Shown here: positions 23,633 to 35,407 of the stretch, piece by piece
Layout of the letters: every line of letters starts with the position of its first letter
Numbering within the stretch: position 1 is the stretch's first letter
Assembly: GCA_050273025.1 (NCBI GenBank)
Contig: CP158635.1
Coordinates: forward strand, 29,636,001 to 29,700,000
Source: Cenococcum geophilum
Lineage: Eukaryota
Direction: 5' to 3'
DNA length: 64,000 bases
Notes under the pieces: generated by a model
Told to the model about the DNA's origin: nothing
Seen by the model: only the letters and a program-made list of their open reading frames with translations
Databases searched by the model: none
Program-made: the position numbers and the translations under genes

Positions 23633-26420
23633 ATGGTGCGGCCAGACTACAATCTCACTGAATGCATAAGCTAACAAAAGGACCGACTAGACCGAACACA
23701 CATACTACGAGCCGCAAGATCGAATTGGCCTGTATCTAGTTCAAGCACCCCCTACGGATGTCCCATATACATGCGAGTATGTGTCGTGTCTAGCTACACC
23801 GCTTTGCTGTACACTAACCTATGATTTAGCATCTTCATTGTCCATGGTCTCAATGGAGGCACCGCTAAGACGTTCGCTCACCCCAAAACTGGCTCCATCT
23901 GGTTTCATGACTTTCTACCGAAGGAAGTAGTTGATCCCAAGTTTCGAACAAATGCTCGTATATGGATATATGGGTACGATGCGGATCTCGCTTTTCAAAA
24001 TGCCGGCAACAGAACTGCGTTCACTTATGCCAATGACATGCTAGAGCTGGTGCATAACGTGCAGAATCCGGTACGCGAGCAAATGCATATTGCATACCGT
24101 CCAAAGCTTACAAATTCAGCGTCACAAGATTATCTGGATCTGCCATTCGCTTGGAGGTATACTTGTGAAGACTGTAAGTCCCCCCTTGCTGTGAACCACC
24201 AGACTTTAACACAGCCAGGCCTTGGTACAAGCAAATAACAACGAACGATATACATCTATCCTCAGATCTACAATCGGCGTACTATTTGTGGGCACGCCGC
24301 ATCAAGGCTCACGTTATGCAAACATTGCCGATCTAGCGGGAAAGATTGCAGAAGCTGTGTCTGTCGGTGCATACAGCCGCAAGGCCGCCATAAGTGGTCT
24401 GAAGAAGAATTGCGATAGCCTGTACGAACGAGCAAGTACTTTTGGAAATATATGTAAAGGGGTTCGTGTGTTCGGATTCTATGAAGCTAGGGGCACCATA
24501 GTAAGTGCAAAAAAGAGGCCATCCAGGAATCTTGACTGAAATCGAACAGATCGTTGAACTTCATAGCGCGACAACATACATACCTGGCGAGATCCTCCAG
24601 TCCCTGGACGCACGTCATGGAGACCTGTGCAAGTTTAGTGACCGACAAGATCCGAACTATACCAAGATCCGCAATGCGCTTCGCGAACTCATGAGATATA
24701 CGGCACCCAAGAAATCTCCACCGGGTGAGTAGATATCTCAGTCATGAAGACCCTAACTGAAAGTCTGCCGCAGTTACCCGTATGACACCTCCTTATCCCC
24801 CTACACCACCTTATATGGTCTACACCCAAGGCTATGCTGCGAATCAGCCGTCGTATCCCTCGAACACAGGAATCCCTCGAGTTCCCGTACCTTCACCTGC
24901 GAGTGAACGACCAGCGCCCGAACTTGCGACTTCAGATAACACTCACGGATCAAGAGAAGGTCCACAAGATTTAGCAGGCCAAAGGAGCCCGGGAGCAGAT
25001 CCCCAATTTCGTAGAGAGTACCCCAACATTAGCGCCTCAGGCAGGGGCTACACAAGTTGCCCGCCGCAGAACCATCCCTTGGAGCGTTCAAATGGCTGGC
25101 CCTCCGTAGATGCATCGGGGTCACGGGAACGTTCTCGCTCTCGCGGACGTGAGTTGCCGGCCAAAAACGCGGGCTCAAAGGTACAGCCTGCAGTCATGCC
25201 TCAACCTCCGCCCACATCAAGTTCAGTGCCACCAATGGAGCGGCCACCACCCACTCCAGGTCCATCTTCAGCTTATAGAACCATCAGATCGGAGCCCACT
25301 ATTCCTACGGTCTCCGAAGTGGTAGACGATGGCGGCGATAGAAATCTCTGGACTTGCGACGCCTGTATGGATACTATTTCCTCCCAGGAACCAAGAATTC
25401 ACTGCACCGTCTGTGATGATTACGATCTTTGCGTCCGTTGTTACCAGCTTGACAGAACCTCTAAGTCCCATAATTCAGCGCACCGTGTAAGGAGGATTAA
25501 GAGAACTATGGTTTGCTATCCCGATGACTTCTGTCATCCTTCCGAGATAGTCAATCCTGATGTTCATTCCGAAACAGGTCTTCCAAAATGGACGATTGGT
25601 GAAAATTATACCCGCTGGAACCACCTCCGCAAAGTGAACAGCCATGACAGATATCTTGTCCCGAACGTCAGTCCTGGACACTATGCCCTGCACCTATACT
25701 TGCACCTGAAGATGTCCGAGAAACTTACCGCTGATCTGATACGAGGACTTAGTGACCAGAATGTGGGCAAGCTCCGGGTTGTTGTCGGGTTCCCGAAAAG
25801 CAAGCGAGATTTCCTGCATACTGCATATCCAGAGGCAGCAAGTCTGAAGGACAGCTTGTTTAAAGCATATGATCAAAAAGAGCTGGTGATCAATCCTGTG
25901 ACAGCTATCACGCTGATTAAGTTTCCAGAGACAACTGTATTCAATGTCAATGAGGCGGACAGTGAAATCGGCGTACTCTTACAGTGGACGGATATGAAAG
26001 GCTTCAAAGTCTGCAACGATGCTATTGCACAGATTTCGATCCATCAGCTGCGGTAAGTCTAAGCACGGCTTTGTCCATATATCGTAGCTGACTTTCACTT
26101 GTAGCCTGGAAGATCTACTCGAGTGGCAAGTGCAATCTAGCACTACATCGACTGCGACGCGGCGGACTAACGATGGAAGCGACAGCGACGGTTACGGTAA
26201 CACAGATGAGGCTGCGAATCAAGTCGCAGAAGCATTCGGTATGCTGGTCGCAGGTGCTGTGCTTGAGCAAGCAGCAGCGGAAGAGAGACAAGCTCAACTT
26301 AGAAAGCAGAGGGAAGAGGAGGAACGGCGGAGGCAAGCTTTGAGGATTGCGCTGCTTCTGCAAGAGCAAGAAAAGGAGCGGAAAGCAGCGGAAGCGTTGA
26401 GGAAGCTCTTCGGCCTCTAA
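23633..26420 (+). CDS. 811-aa protein: SesB/PGAP1/DUF676-like alpha/beta hydrolase + Pro-rich linker + ZZ zinc finger + unknown domain + C-terminal coiled coil. Exons 23633-23635, 23691-23776, 23830-24070, 24120-24173, 24219-24500, 24550-24724, 24774-26052, 26105-26420
   Basis: Seven GT-AG introns give one open 2436-nt frame; motifs DIFIVHGLNG, IWICHSLGG, FVGTPHQGS, H.DLCKF; ZZ motif CDAC...HCTVCDDYDLCVRC...H...H. Start codon (ATG-only exon 1) is least certain. Confidence 0.85.
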
Positions 26421-27010
26421 TTGTGCATTTGCGCTCTACTGACATCTAACGCGCATCATGATGGACACTGTTGATAGGCTCTAGCATTAGGGGTCTCATA
26501 TGTTTATGCTTGACATACGGCGGCGCAGGCGTTGGGACGAGGTTCAACTGGGTTCATTGGCAGGAGGCGGTGTATGATACGAGGTATAACCACATAATAT
26601 ATATAGAATTGCTACTGGACATTCTGCTGTAGCTCGAATTGTCAACGGTCTATGGGTCTCTTTTAGGCTAGCCACAAGCTCTGATGGTCAAGACAAGTAT
26701 ACAATCGCTATCCAAATCCGATACTGCTGATAGATATTATGAGAGCACCTCCGTAATCTAGAGCACTGCGAGGTGAGCAGGGGTGGTCGCTGAGCAGGGC
26801 GGGACGTTACAGTACTTTCCACCAAACACAGATCATCTGGTGCGCTGCTGCCTAATCATGCAGGTCTTCGGTGAGCGAAGGTTTGCAACCAGCGCATGTC
26901 CAAAACTCCTATTCTTCTGACGAACACAAAGTGCGGCGGTATTGTACCAAGGCTCCCTGACCTCACCGGTGACCCACCGCGCAAGCTACACATCTTTTAT
27001 CCTCGCAAGC

Positions 27011-27482
27011 ATGGTTTATACGTAGAAATGGTGGCAGCCAGGCAATCGGTGCCGCCGCCGTTCTCGCGTCGAAACAAGGCAAATACACCCATAAGATACA
27101 ACGACTCTACAATTCCTACCATCTCAAGCCAACAAATCAGCGTGCCGAAATCACTGCAATGATTTTGGGTCTGCAGCTTGCATTAGAGAAGGATAACAGG
27201 CTAGTTTCATACCCTCGTCTCAACGTTACCATCAGTTCAGACTCGAAGTACGTTGTGAAATCCATGAACGAATGGATATACAAGTGGTCAAGTAATAGAT
27301 GGACGAATGCGAGGGGAGAGGAGGTCGTGAACCGAGATCTGTTGGAAGAGGCGTCTGGCCTGGATGATCGGTTGCGGAAGCTAGGACGCGTGACGTATAT
27401 GTGGATGCCAAGGACAAAAAATAAGCTTGCGGATCGATATTGTACTGAGGAGCTTGACAAAATAGAGTGTGAAGCATACTGA
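27011..27482 (+). pseudogene. Fungal RNase H1-like gene with an N-terminal frameshifting deletion
   Basis: Motifs PTNQRAEITA, ISSDSKY, WIYKWSSNRWTN, V.NRDL, NKLAD present; ATG GTT TAT at 27011 is out of frame with RRNG..AIGAAA and the DG motif is absent. Confidence 0.75.
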
Positions 27483-27526
27483 GGAACACAATTCATTTAG
27501 TTCTAGGGCATAAGCAGTTACGATTA

Positions 27527-28003
27527 ATGATATATGAATACCCATACCCAGCAGGGAGAAGCAAGCCGCGGAACACAAGAGCGGGCCTGGTGAAATCAAC
27601 ATTAAGAATCCCCCACATTGCGTACATGAATCTCTATGGCCAGATCGAGCCGATGAACTCTACACCAAGACGCCTACTGCCTAAAGATGACATTACAGTT
27701 GCGGAGCCTAGCAGATCACAGCCTATAAGGACCGCGAAGCGAGTGGCGGTTGCAGTCGCGTGCGAAAGGTGTAGGAAACACAAAGACGAAATGCAACGGC
27801 CTCTTCGAGAATCCCAGGAGATCTTTAATCGCTTGAGTGCATCGGTCGGACCATCGTTGGCTGATAATGCAAGCTCCGTACTGCAATCTGTCAAGCATCA
27901 CAAACATACGGATCGTCGGGTGGGCCGAATTCCTCTCCGAGGGTCCGAGTCAACTGAGATAAAGTTTCGTAGCACTTGTAGACGGCGTCAGCCTATTTCA
28001 TGA
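27527..28003 (+). pseudogene. Zn(II)2Cys6 transcription factor remnant (half cluster)
   Basis: KRVAVAVACERCRKHK matches the start of a GAL4-type cluster, but the other four Cys are missing. Confidence 0.45.
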
Positions 28004-28049
28004 TTTTCCCTATATTCGCGGTCGAGTTGCTCAACCACAACGGCCTAAA

Positions 28050-28535
28050 ATACTACCAAAAGTCGATTGATTAGAGAGACGACTTAATATTTCATGAATA
28101 TCGGGTTTAAATTAGCCCACAACTGGCTACGGTATTGGGCTTATAGGCTTAGCTATGTCCTAACAGGTTTATATATATAAAGCGCAAAAGTTAATCAATT
28201 ATAGAGCTAGTTCTTGCGATTATTTCAAGCCTATATGCAGCCCTAAACCTTATGTAGTTGGCTTTATTAACTTTGTTAAAAATTATATATATCCCCATAC
28301 AAATTTAGGCAACGGACGTCGCAATAGACGTCGCAACGGGTGTATGTATAAGGCCCAAAAGTTAATCGATTGTAGAGCTGGTTCTTACGACTTTTTTAAG
28401 CCAATATGCGGCCCTAGACCTTACTTGGGTGGCTTTAACAATTTCGTTGAAAAAGGTGACTGCTCTGCATACAAAATAAGTCGCGTCGCTTAATAAAATC
28501 TATAAAAGTCAGACCATAGAATCAACTTTTTAACA
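28050..28535. repeat. Degenerate repeat relic with an internal ~170-bp direct duplication (~28180-28300 / ~28350-28470) upstream of PRE2
   Basis: AAAAGTTAATCAATTATAGAGCTAGTTCTT vs AAAAGTTAATCGATTGTAGAGCTGGTTCTT; short inverted segments near both ends. Confidence 0.55.
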
Positions 28536-28803
28536 AAAAAGGTTAGCGATATCCGCTTGCGGATATACGTATGTCCGCTAATTGATTCTACGGTCTGAGC
28601 TTGCTGAGGTAAGCTGAGGTAAGGCGCAAAGGGCGACGTCGGTGCCACGGTTTTTCCATTCCGCTTCGTGCCCTGACGCGACGACGCAGCTTGCCTAGAG
28701 CTCCAACACCTCCAGACTGACAACATTGGATTCTCGACTCCATCTCAACAACTCCCGTTATCACAACTGTCTTACTACCCAAATTTTGAATTGTTGAGTT
28801 GCA

Positions 28804-29821
28804 ATGGACGCTCTCGTAGCTCAGTACAGCCGACCGATCTTCCAGCCTGAAGCCCCGGAGGACCTGGCCGAGCTGCTACAAGATGAGGCAACGGCCTTAA
28901 ACTTGAAGTTTGCCATTCCTCCAATAGCACAGGTATCTGCGATACTTCCTAAAACTTAAAGAAGCTCTAGCTAACGTTCTGTAGCCCGCATCTTGGCTTC
29001 GCGCGATGACAGATGACCATTCCAATCCAAATGTCCCCATCAAGTTGGCTCATGGGACAACCACTCTTGCCTTCCGATTCCAGGGCGGCATCATCGTCTG
29101 TACGGATTCTAGAGCGACGGCTGGAAACTGGATTGCAAGTCAGACGGTTAAGAAGGTCATTGAAATAAACAGCTGCTTACTGGGAACAATGGCTGGCGGA
29201 GCTGCCGATTGCCAATACTGGCTTGGGTATCTCGGTATGCAATGTCGGCTTCACGAGCTCCGACATAAGCGTCGCATTACTGTCGCCGCAGCATCAAAGA
29301 TCCTTGCAAATCTCACTTACTCTTACAAGGGCATGGGACTCAGCATGGTACGAGTGCCATTCCATTCGATCTGTGAAGCTTCTTCTAATTTCTGTTTTCT
29401 CCAGGGTACAATGTGCGCAGGAGTAACTCCAAGTGAAGGCCCTGCCTTGTACTACGTCGATAGCGATGGTACAAGGATGAGTGGGAACCTATTCTGCGTT
29501 GGTAGTGGTCAAACATTCGCCTATGGTGTTCTTGATGCGGAATACCACTACGATCTTACTACAGAAGAAGCCCTTGAGTTAGGCCGCCGTGCAATTATTG
29601 CTGCGAGTAACCCCAGAAGCAAAATCATCGTGAGCGTTGACTAATCTGACCTCTCTGTTTAGGCGATGCACCGGGATGCCTACTCTGGCGGCTTTGTCAA
29701 TCTATACCATGTCAAGGAAGATGGATGGGTCAAGCACGGTTTCAGCGACATGAACCCTATCTTTTGGGACATCAAGCTGAACAAAGGCGAATTTTCAAAT
29801 GTGACAGCGGAGATGGAGTAG
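28804..29821 (+). CDS. PRE2: 20S proteasome subunit beta5 (chymotrypsin-like), 282 aa. Exons 28804-28932, 28985-29347, 29405-29602, 29663-29821
   Basis: Propeptide junction [10 protein letters not shown]17, K33, [22 protein letters not shown]; third intron is GC-AG. Confidence 0.96.
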
Positions 29822-31192
29822 GCAGTCAGTCTTGGGAGTAAGGAGTTCAGCTCTGGGGGGGGTTTACGCCGAGAGCTACTGTAATTTCCCTGCATCGGCT
29901 GTCGAAATTTCGAATAAAAAGCTGTTCATCAAATTCCCAGCTCATCATAAGAAAAAAGAAGCTGGAAGATTTCAAGAACCTAATATTGTGATTCGCCTTG
30001 ACACGGTTTACTATTCTCAGATGTGTCCTAGAAGGACACCCTCGCAAAATAAAGGTCACAAACTTAACTTTTCGCGGCAACCGATCTAAGATCGATTGAA
30101 TTAGGTGCAAAGTTTATCGACCACGGAGCACCTGGGTTGGGCCAATGGGGAAAGGCTCGCTCTAGGACAAAGCTAATCTCTGCTTATAGTACCTAGACCA
30201 TTCAGTAGCCTAAGGTAATTCGGCGCGAGGAATATGCTATTAAGGCGTATAATACATTAGTAGCCTAGACGTCAGAATAATTATATTGAGGGTCTACTTG
30301 GTTTCTATAAGCCAGATATGGTAATCTCTTTGAGGCTAGACGAAGGTCTAGGCTATATAAAAGGTTAGGCTAGACGAAGGGTTAGGCTAGCCGAAGAGTA
30401 GAGCTGGCTGTAAGGCATATTGCCCAGGTGTACGGTAGGGAGCAAGCAAGCCGAGCATGAGTCACAGGAGAGTCGATGGAAGAGGACGATATGGTAAAGA
30501 GCATATCAATAGCCACGTACAGAGACGAAACGATGAGGAGAGCAGGAGGGCTGCAAACCCGAGGTGCTTATACCTAAGCAGCCCTCGGGCGATGCACCCG
30601 AATAAGGAATAAAATACCTCTTCCACTGGCCGAGTAGACGAACAGAAAAGGCTGTCCATATAAAGCGGCTGGCCGAAGACTGAGGTCAGCCAAACAAAAG
30701 AGGGGCTAAAAGAGGGATCAGAAGGATGGCCCGGAATTAGGTCATATACTTGTGGCTAAGGCTCCCGAAACTGGGCCCCACTAAGGAGCTCCGGCCCAAA
30801 CTCAGGGGTGCTCAGGATGCTTCGGACATAACTCAGGATGCACCGCCGCAGCTCAGGATTTCTTACTAATAGCTTCCGTTTAAAACGGCCTTGCTCAGAT
30901 CTGAATGCGGAAATGGGAATTAGTGTAGTCGATTAGGACGTATATATTATGTGGGATACGTATAGGGATACGAAATTCAAAGATACTAGATACAATAACG
31001 TGTAAAACTATGTTTGATATTTAGTAATTTTAGCTTTATATGGGGTTACCTAATAAATTTAAAGTGTATACATATTACTAAAAGGCTTAAGAGTTATTTA
31101 TCGAGCCTCTAGGCCGTATTTCTACTACCTTATCTCTAAAAATATTTAATAACTTTCAGTATCGAATATATCGTATTAAATTTTAATATTTA

Positions 31193-31324
31193 TGTCAGGT
31201 GACGAAGTCACCTCACCTATATATGTTGTTCAGCACAGCCGTGGCTGGCATCTTGCCAGTCACTCGCTTACCTTTTGCTGAGGTTTGTGCCGTGGCTGGG
31301 TGGTGCGGAGCCTGTCACCTCACA
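31193..31324. mobile_element. 132-bp solo LTR
   Basis: TG...CA termini, TSD ATTTA (31188-31192 / 31325-31329). Confidence 0.8.
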
Positions 31325-31572
31325 ATTTAATATTTTAACAAGTATAATCAGTACTGAATACTAATAAAAACACTATAACTACTTTTTAACGGTAGTTAAC
31401 AAGCCTGTCTTAATATTATAAACAAAAACCAATAGATCGCTCGCCCAGCTCTTTACTAATAAAAGGGGTTTTCTTGAGGACTATAAGGTTGTCTTTATAC
31501 TTTACTTAAGGCTAAACCATTATTCCTAGGTGGTCCGTGCGAGAGAACACCAAAATCAAAATGTATAAGGGG

Positions 31573-32916
31573 GTGTTCGGTTACAAAACTTTGGATTAGA
31601 TCTGAACTTCTAATATACTAGGGAGTGGATTATATGTTTTATAGAAATATAAAGCCTATATAGGATAGTAGGGTATAGGGATCTAATAATCTAGCGGGAG
31701 ATTAGTTTATTTAGCCTAAGGTCTTATAAAAAGCGGTTAGCGTCTTAGCAAGCCAGCCTTAGTTAGAAGGTCTAGGACTAAGATAACCCTAGACGGCCGA
31801 GATAATGGCTATTCTACAATCTGATAGGTAGATGGAATAAGCGCCTTGTTTTAGCCTCACTGTATTACCCCCTTGCAGCACTATATTACCCCCATTTCCT
31901 TACCATTTCACCATCTTGCGACGCGTAAGCCTTCCGGCCATACGCTTGTATATTTAAGTCTGCTTCGATAGCTTGAATTCGAACTTTAGTTGTCGCCTTG
32001 AATCCTACTGTCACGGATTCCGACCGTAGCACCGCCAAGGGCTCGCCTAGCGAGCCTTGGCACCCACAGTATATAGAGCCACGGTGCCTTCGCACCTCTT
32101 TGCACCTTCGTGCAATATCCTGTCGTGTACATAGCCAATGCTACGACGTTCCCAGAGCCTCCTGACCGCGCTCCGTGACATTATATTGCACCCAACGACT
32201 CGCATAGGCCTGCCTACCGCCTATGGAGCCGGTACGACGACTTTGACCCGTGCCGACCGTTGGACGACGATTCGATACCCTTAATTCTACCTCTCAATTT
32301 CTACCGCATCAACGTCTCTGCCTACTACTGCCTCTACGATTCTACCTGCCTGCGCACACAACTTCGACAATGCCTATCCAATAGCAGCATCTCCGCTTTC
32401 CCGCTGTGCGCTCACGACCGAGCAAGACCAGCACCTCTGCTGTCCCGCTGTGAGGATACTACTTCGACCTAGGACTGCAAACAGTCATCTACGACTCAAC
32501 GAGCTTGGAAGAACAGTCATAAGATACCTCAGACATCGAGTCATCAATCTACCTATCGAATCGTCATCACCCTCGTTAACCGTTCGAGCTACGTTCTGCC
32601 AGCGAACGCCTCTGATAAGCTCTGCCAGTCACTAGCGAGCACCACAGCACCGTACGGAGGGAGGATCTGCCTCAAGGGACTTCGGCTTTGTATGAGGGGG
32701 GGGTAGTGTCACGGATTCCGACCGTAGCACCGCCAAGGGCTCGCCTAGCGAGCCTTGGCACCCACAGTATATAGAGCCACGGTGCCTTCGCACCTCTTTG
32801 CACCTTCGTGCAATATCCTGTCGTGTACATAGCCAATGCTACGACGTTCCCAGAGCCTACTGACCGCGCTCCGTGACACCTACATATCCTCATCAAGCGG
32901 CCCAGTGAGTCCAACA
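31573..32916 (+). mobile_element. Possible 3' LTR of a Copia-like element, interrupted by the TRIM
   Basis: Purine run AAGGGGG precedes TGTTCGG; ends ...TCCAACA; no partner LTR or TSD found. Confidence 0.3.
32009..32878 (+). mobile_element. TRIM (870-bp non-autonomous LTR retroelement), essentially un-RIPed
   Basis: 172-bp LTRs at 32009-32180 and 32707-32878, one mismatch seen; TSD CCTAC; G-rich PPT before 32707; non-coding core. Confidence 0.95.
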
Positions 32917-33159
32917 GCCAGCTAGCTGCGAGCTTCAGCCTTTATAGCTGACTGACTGCGTCAATTGGATCGCTGGCTGTCCACTGACTGTCACGCTGTT
33001 AGCTAGCTGTCCCAATTAGGCAAGTGGTATAGCTGGCAGAGCCTTTGGTAGAGCCTCTGACTCGGTTTTGGCGTGTGCTGTATTTAACCAAGAATTTACT
33101 AATCTATAATAATTCTAGCTTAAAGCTAGACTTTATAATCAATTTCCTTAGCTACTAAA

Positions 33160-33380
33160 GCTTTACTAGAGGCTCTGCACGGAGCTCTACTAAAGGTTCT
33201 GCCAGGAGCTCTGCTAGAGAGGCTCTATGAGGCTCCCTTAAAGCTCTGTACGGAGCTCTGCTAAGACTCCACATAGAGCTCTACCGAAACCCTACATAGA
33301 GCTCTACCGAAACCCTACATAGAGCTCTACCGAAGCTCTGGGCGGAGCTCTACTAAAGCTCTGGACGGAGTTCTACCAAA
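33160..33380. repeat. Degenerate ~22-bp tandem array containing palindromic GAGCTC
   Basis: GAGCTCTACCGAAACCCTACATA and variants repeated. Confidence 0.8.
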
Positions 33381-35407
33381 AGCTTCAACTCACTACCAAA
33401 TATTATTACTAAGGCAGCGAGCTGCTAGCTAGCTGTAGTTTACCTCAGCGAGCTCAGACGCGATTTTTTAGCTAGCATTAGAATAACCTACGCCGTCTTC
33501 CGAATTGCAAAATCACGTCTGAGAGGCTTTGGCGAGTTTTGTTAAAAGTATAAGCAAAATCCGCAAAACGGATATTGCGGATATCTAATTCATTTATTTA
33601 TATAACGCGTTATTATTACCAAAAGTTAATACAATATTTTTAAGAACTAGGGCTTTTAAATGGTACGAATTTTATAATACGGCTATCGCTCGGTCCTAAT
33701 ATTAATTTCGTTAAAGTTAAAAAACGCGTTATTAAAAGTATAAGCACATATTATATCTTATTGAATAGTCTGCTAATATAGATAAAACTATACAGATATA
33801 TAGATATCTACTACTTAAAGCCATTGCAACACTTAGTAGGTGCTATAGTTAGGTCCTTTCTTAAAAATATCCTCCCTTAGCCTAAAGTGCCTCCACTACT
33901 GCTAGGCGTTATATCCGCATAGAAAACCCACTATGGCTCAGAAGAAAAGCACTAGCTGCTGGGGTCGGAAGACCGCAGTTAAACGGGAATGCTAGGAGGT
34001 CTCGCGGAGCTTGTGGGAGCTAGATAATCGTTTATGGGAGGATCTTATGTCCCTAGTAGAGAGGCAGTTATAGGACGTGTAAGATAAGCTTCTGGCCTTA
34101 CGGGAGGTAAGTAAAGATGAATAGTTAAGCTTAATAGATAGAGCTATTAAGCTTTTATATCCGTACAGCGGACGACCTAGTTAAATTAAGGTATTAAGAC
34201 GGGTAATATATAGGTAAAGGAACTTGTTCCTAGCGGTAAAGATATTATAGGGTAAGAGCATAATAATGTAGGCGATTCTATTACTAATTTAAGCTTCCGT
34301 TGCTATTATTATGTTGCCTTTAAACGCAATTAGAGAGGAGTAGCTATTAAAAATACGGGCCATTCTAGGAGCAAATCCCGTATTTATATATGCGGAGGTA
34401 ATAAAAGCGTATACGGATATCCTAAAACATATTAAGGCGGGTTGGTTTACGCATATTCTAGTATTGCTAGAGTTGCTATTAAGTAAACGGTTTTACTATA
34501 TCCTTACTTAGCCTGCTTTTCGCTCGTATATTTCCTTAGTTATAATTAATAAGTATTATCTAGTTGCTAACTAGGGTAAGAGCTTCTAGCCCTATTATAT
34601 ATAGCTCTTTAAGATCTAATTACTGCTTAGTTTAATAGTGCCGTGGTTTATATATACTGTAATACTTAATAAGGAGATATATACGAAGGTAATAAAGCTA
34701 GCGGGGTTTTATTAGAGTATAACGGATCTTAAATAAATGAATATTAATCGGCCTGACCTATCTATTATTAGGGGCTATATTAAGAGGAGGGATAAGAATA
34801 ATTATAAGGCACTATTCTTTATTATTAAAGAGGCATTTAAGGAGGCGGTAGTAGAGGAGGATTATATATCCGTAACCCTTAGCTAGATATCCGCAAGGTC
34901 TAGTGAAATATCTATATTATCTAGTTAAACGCCTATAGCGCCTAGTAGGATATTTGTATCTTCCAGTTAAATACCCGCTACCTCTATTTATTAACTAGTT
35001 GGGCAGATCTAAAATCTGGTAGAAGGCACTATATAGCTAAAGGGACGAAAGGTTCTAAGCCCCAAATTAATTCCTAAGATAATTATCTTTCTTTATATTA
35101 AAAATTATATCCATAGGTGTCTGAATATAATCCGTTTATAGCTTATAACTAAGGGCTATACTATAAAGTAGGCTAAAATAGTAGTGCGGAGTTATTATAT
35201 AATATTATTTAAATATAATAAGAGTAGGGAGTATCGAAATTTCTATATAGAAGACTTACCTACCCGCATTCTTATTACGTCGGACGCCCTAGCCCATAGT
35301 GCGAATATTCTAGATATTGTCCGTTCTATTATATACGGTTATTATCCTAATAAAAGCCTAAATATAATACTGCAGTAATTCAGACGGGCTGCCTGACGCG
35401 ACGGTGT

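Noticed and set aside
26896..27162. 88-aa ORF as a separate gene
   Set aside because: Overlaps the RNase H 5' region in another frame and has no recognisable motif
28804..29821. beta5 as a self-resistance copy for a proteasome-inhibitor cluster
   Set aside because: No NRPS/PKS in the window, and pocket residues (T1, A20, K33, M45, A49, A50, C52) look wild type
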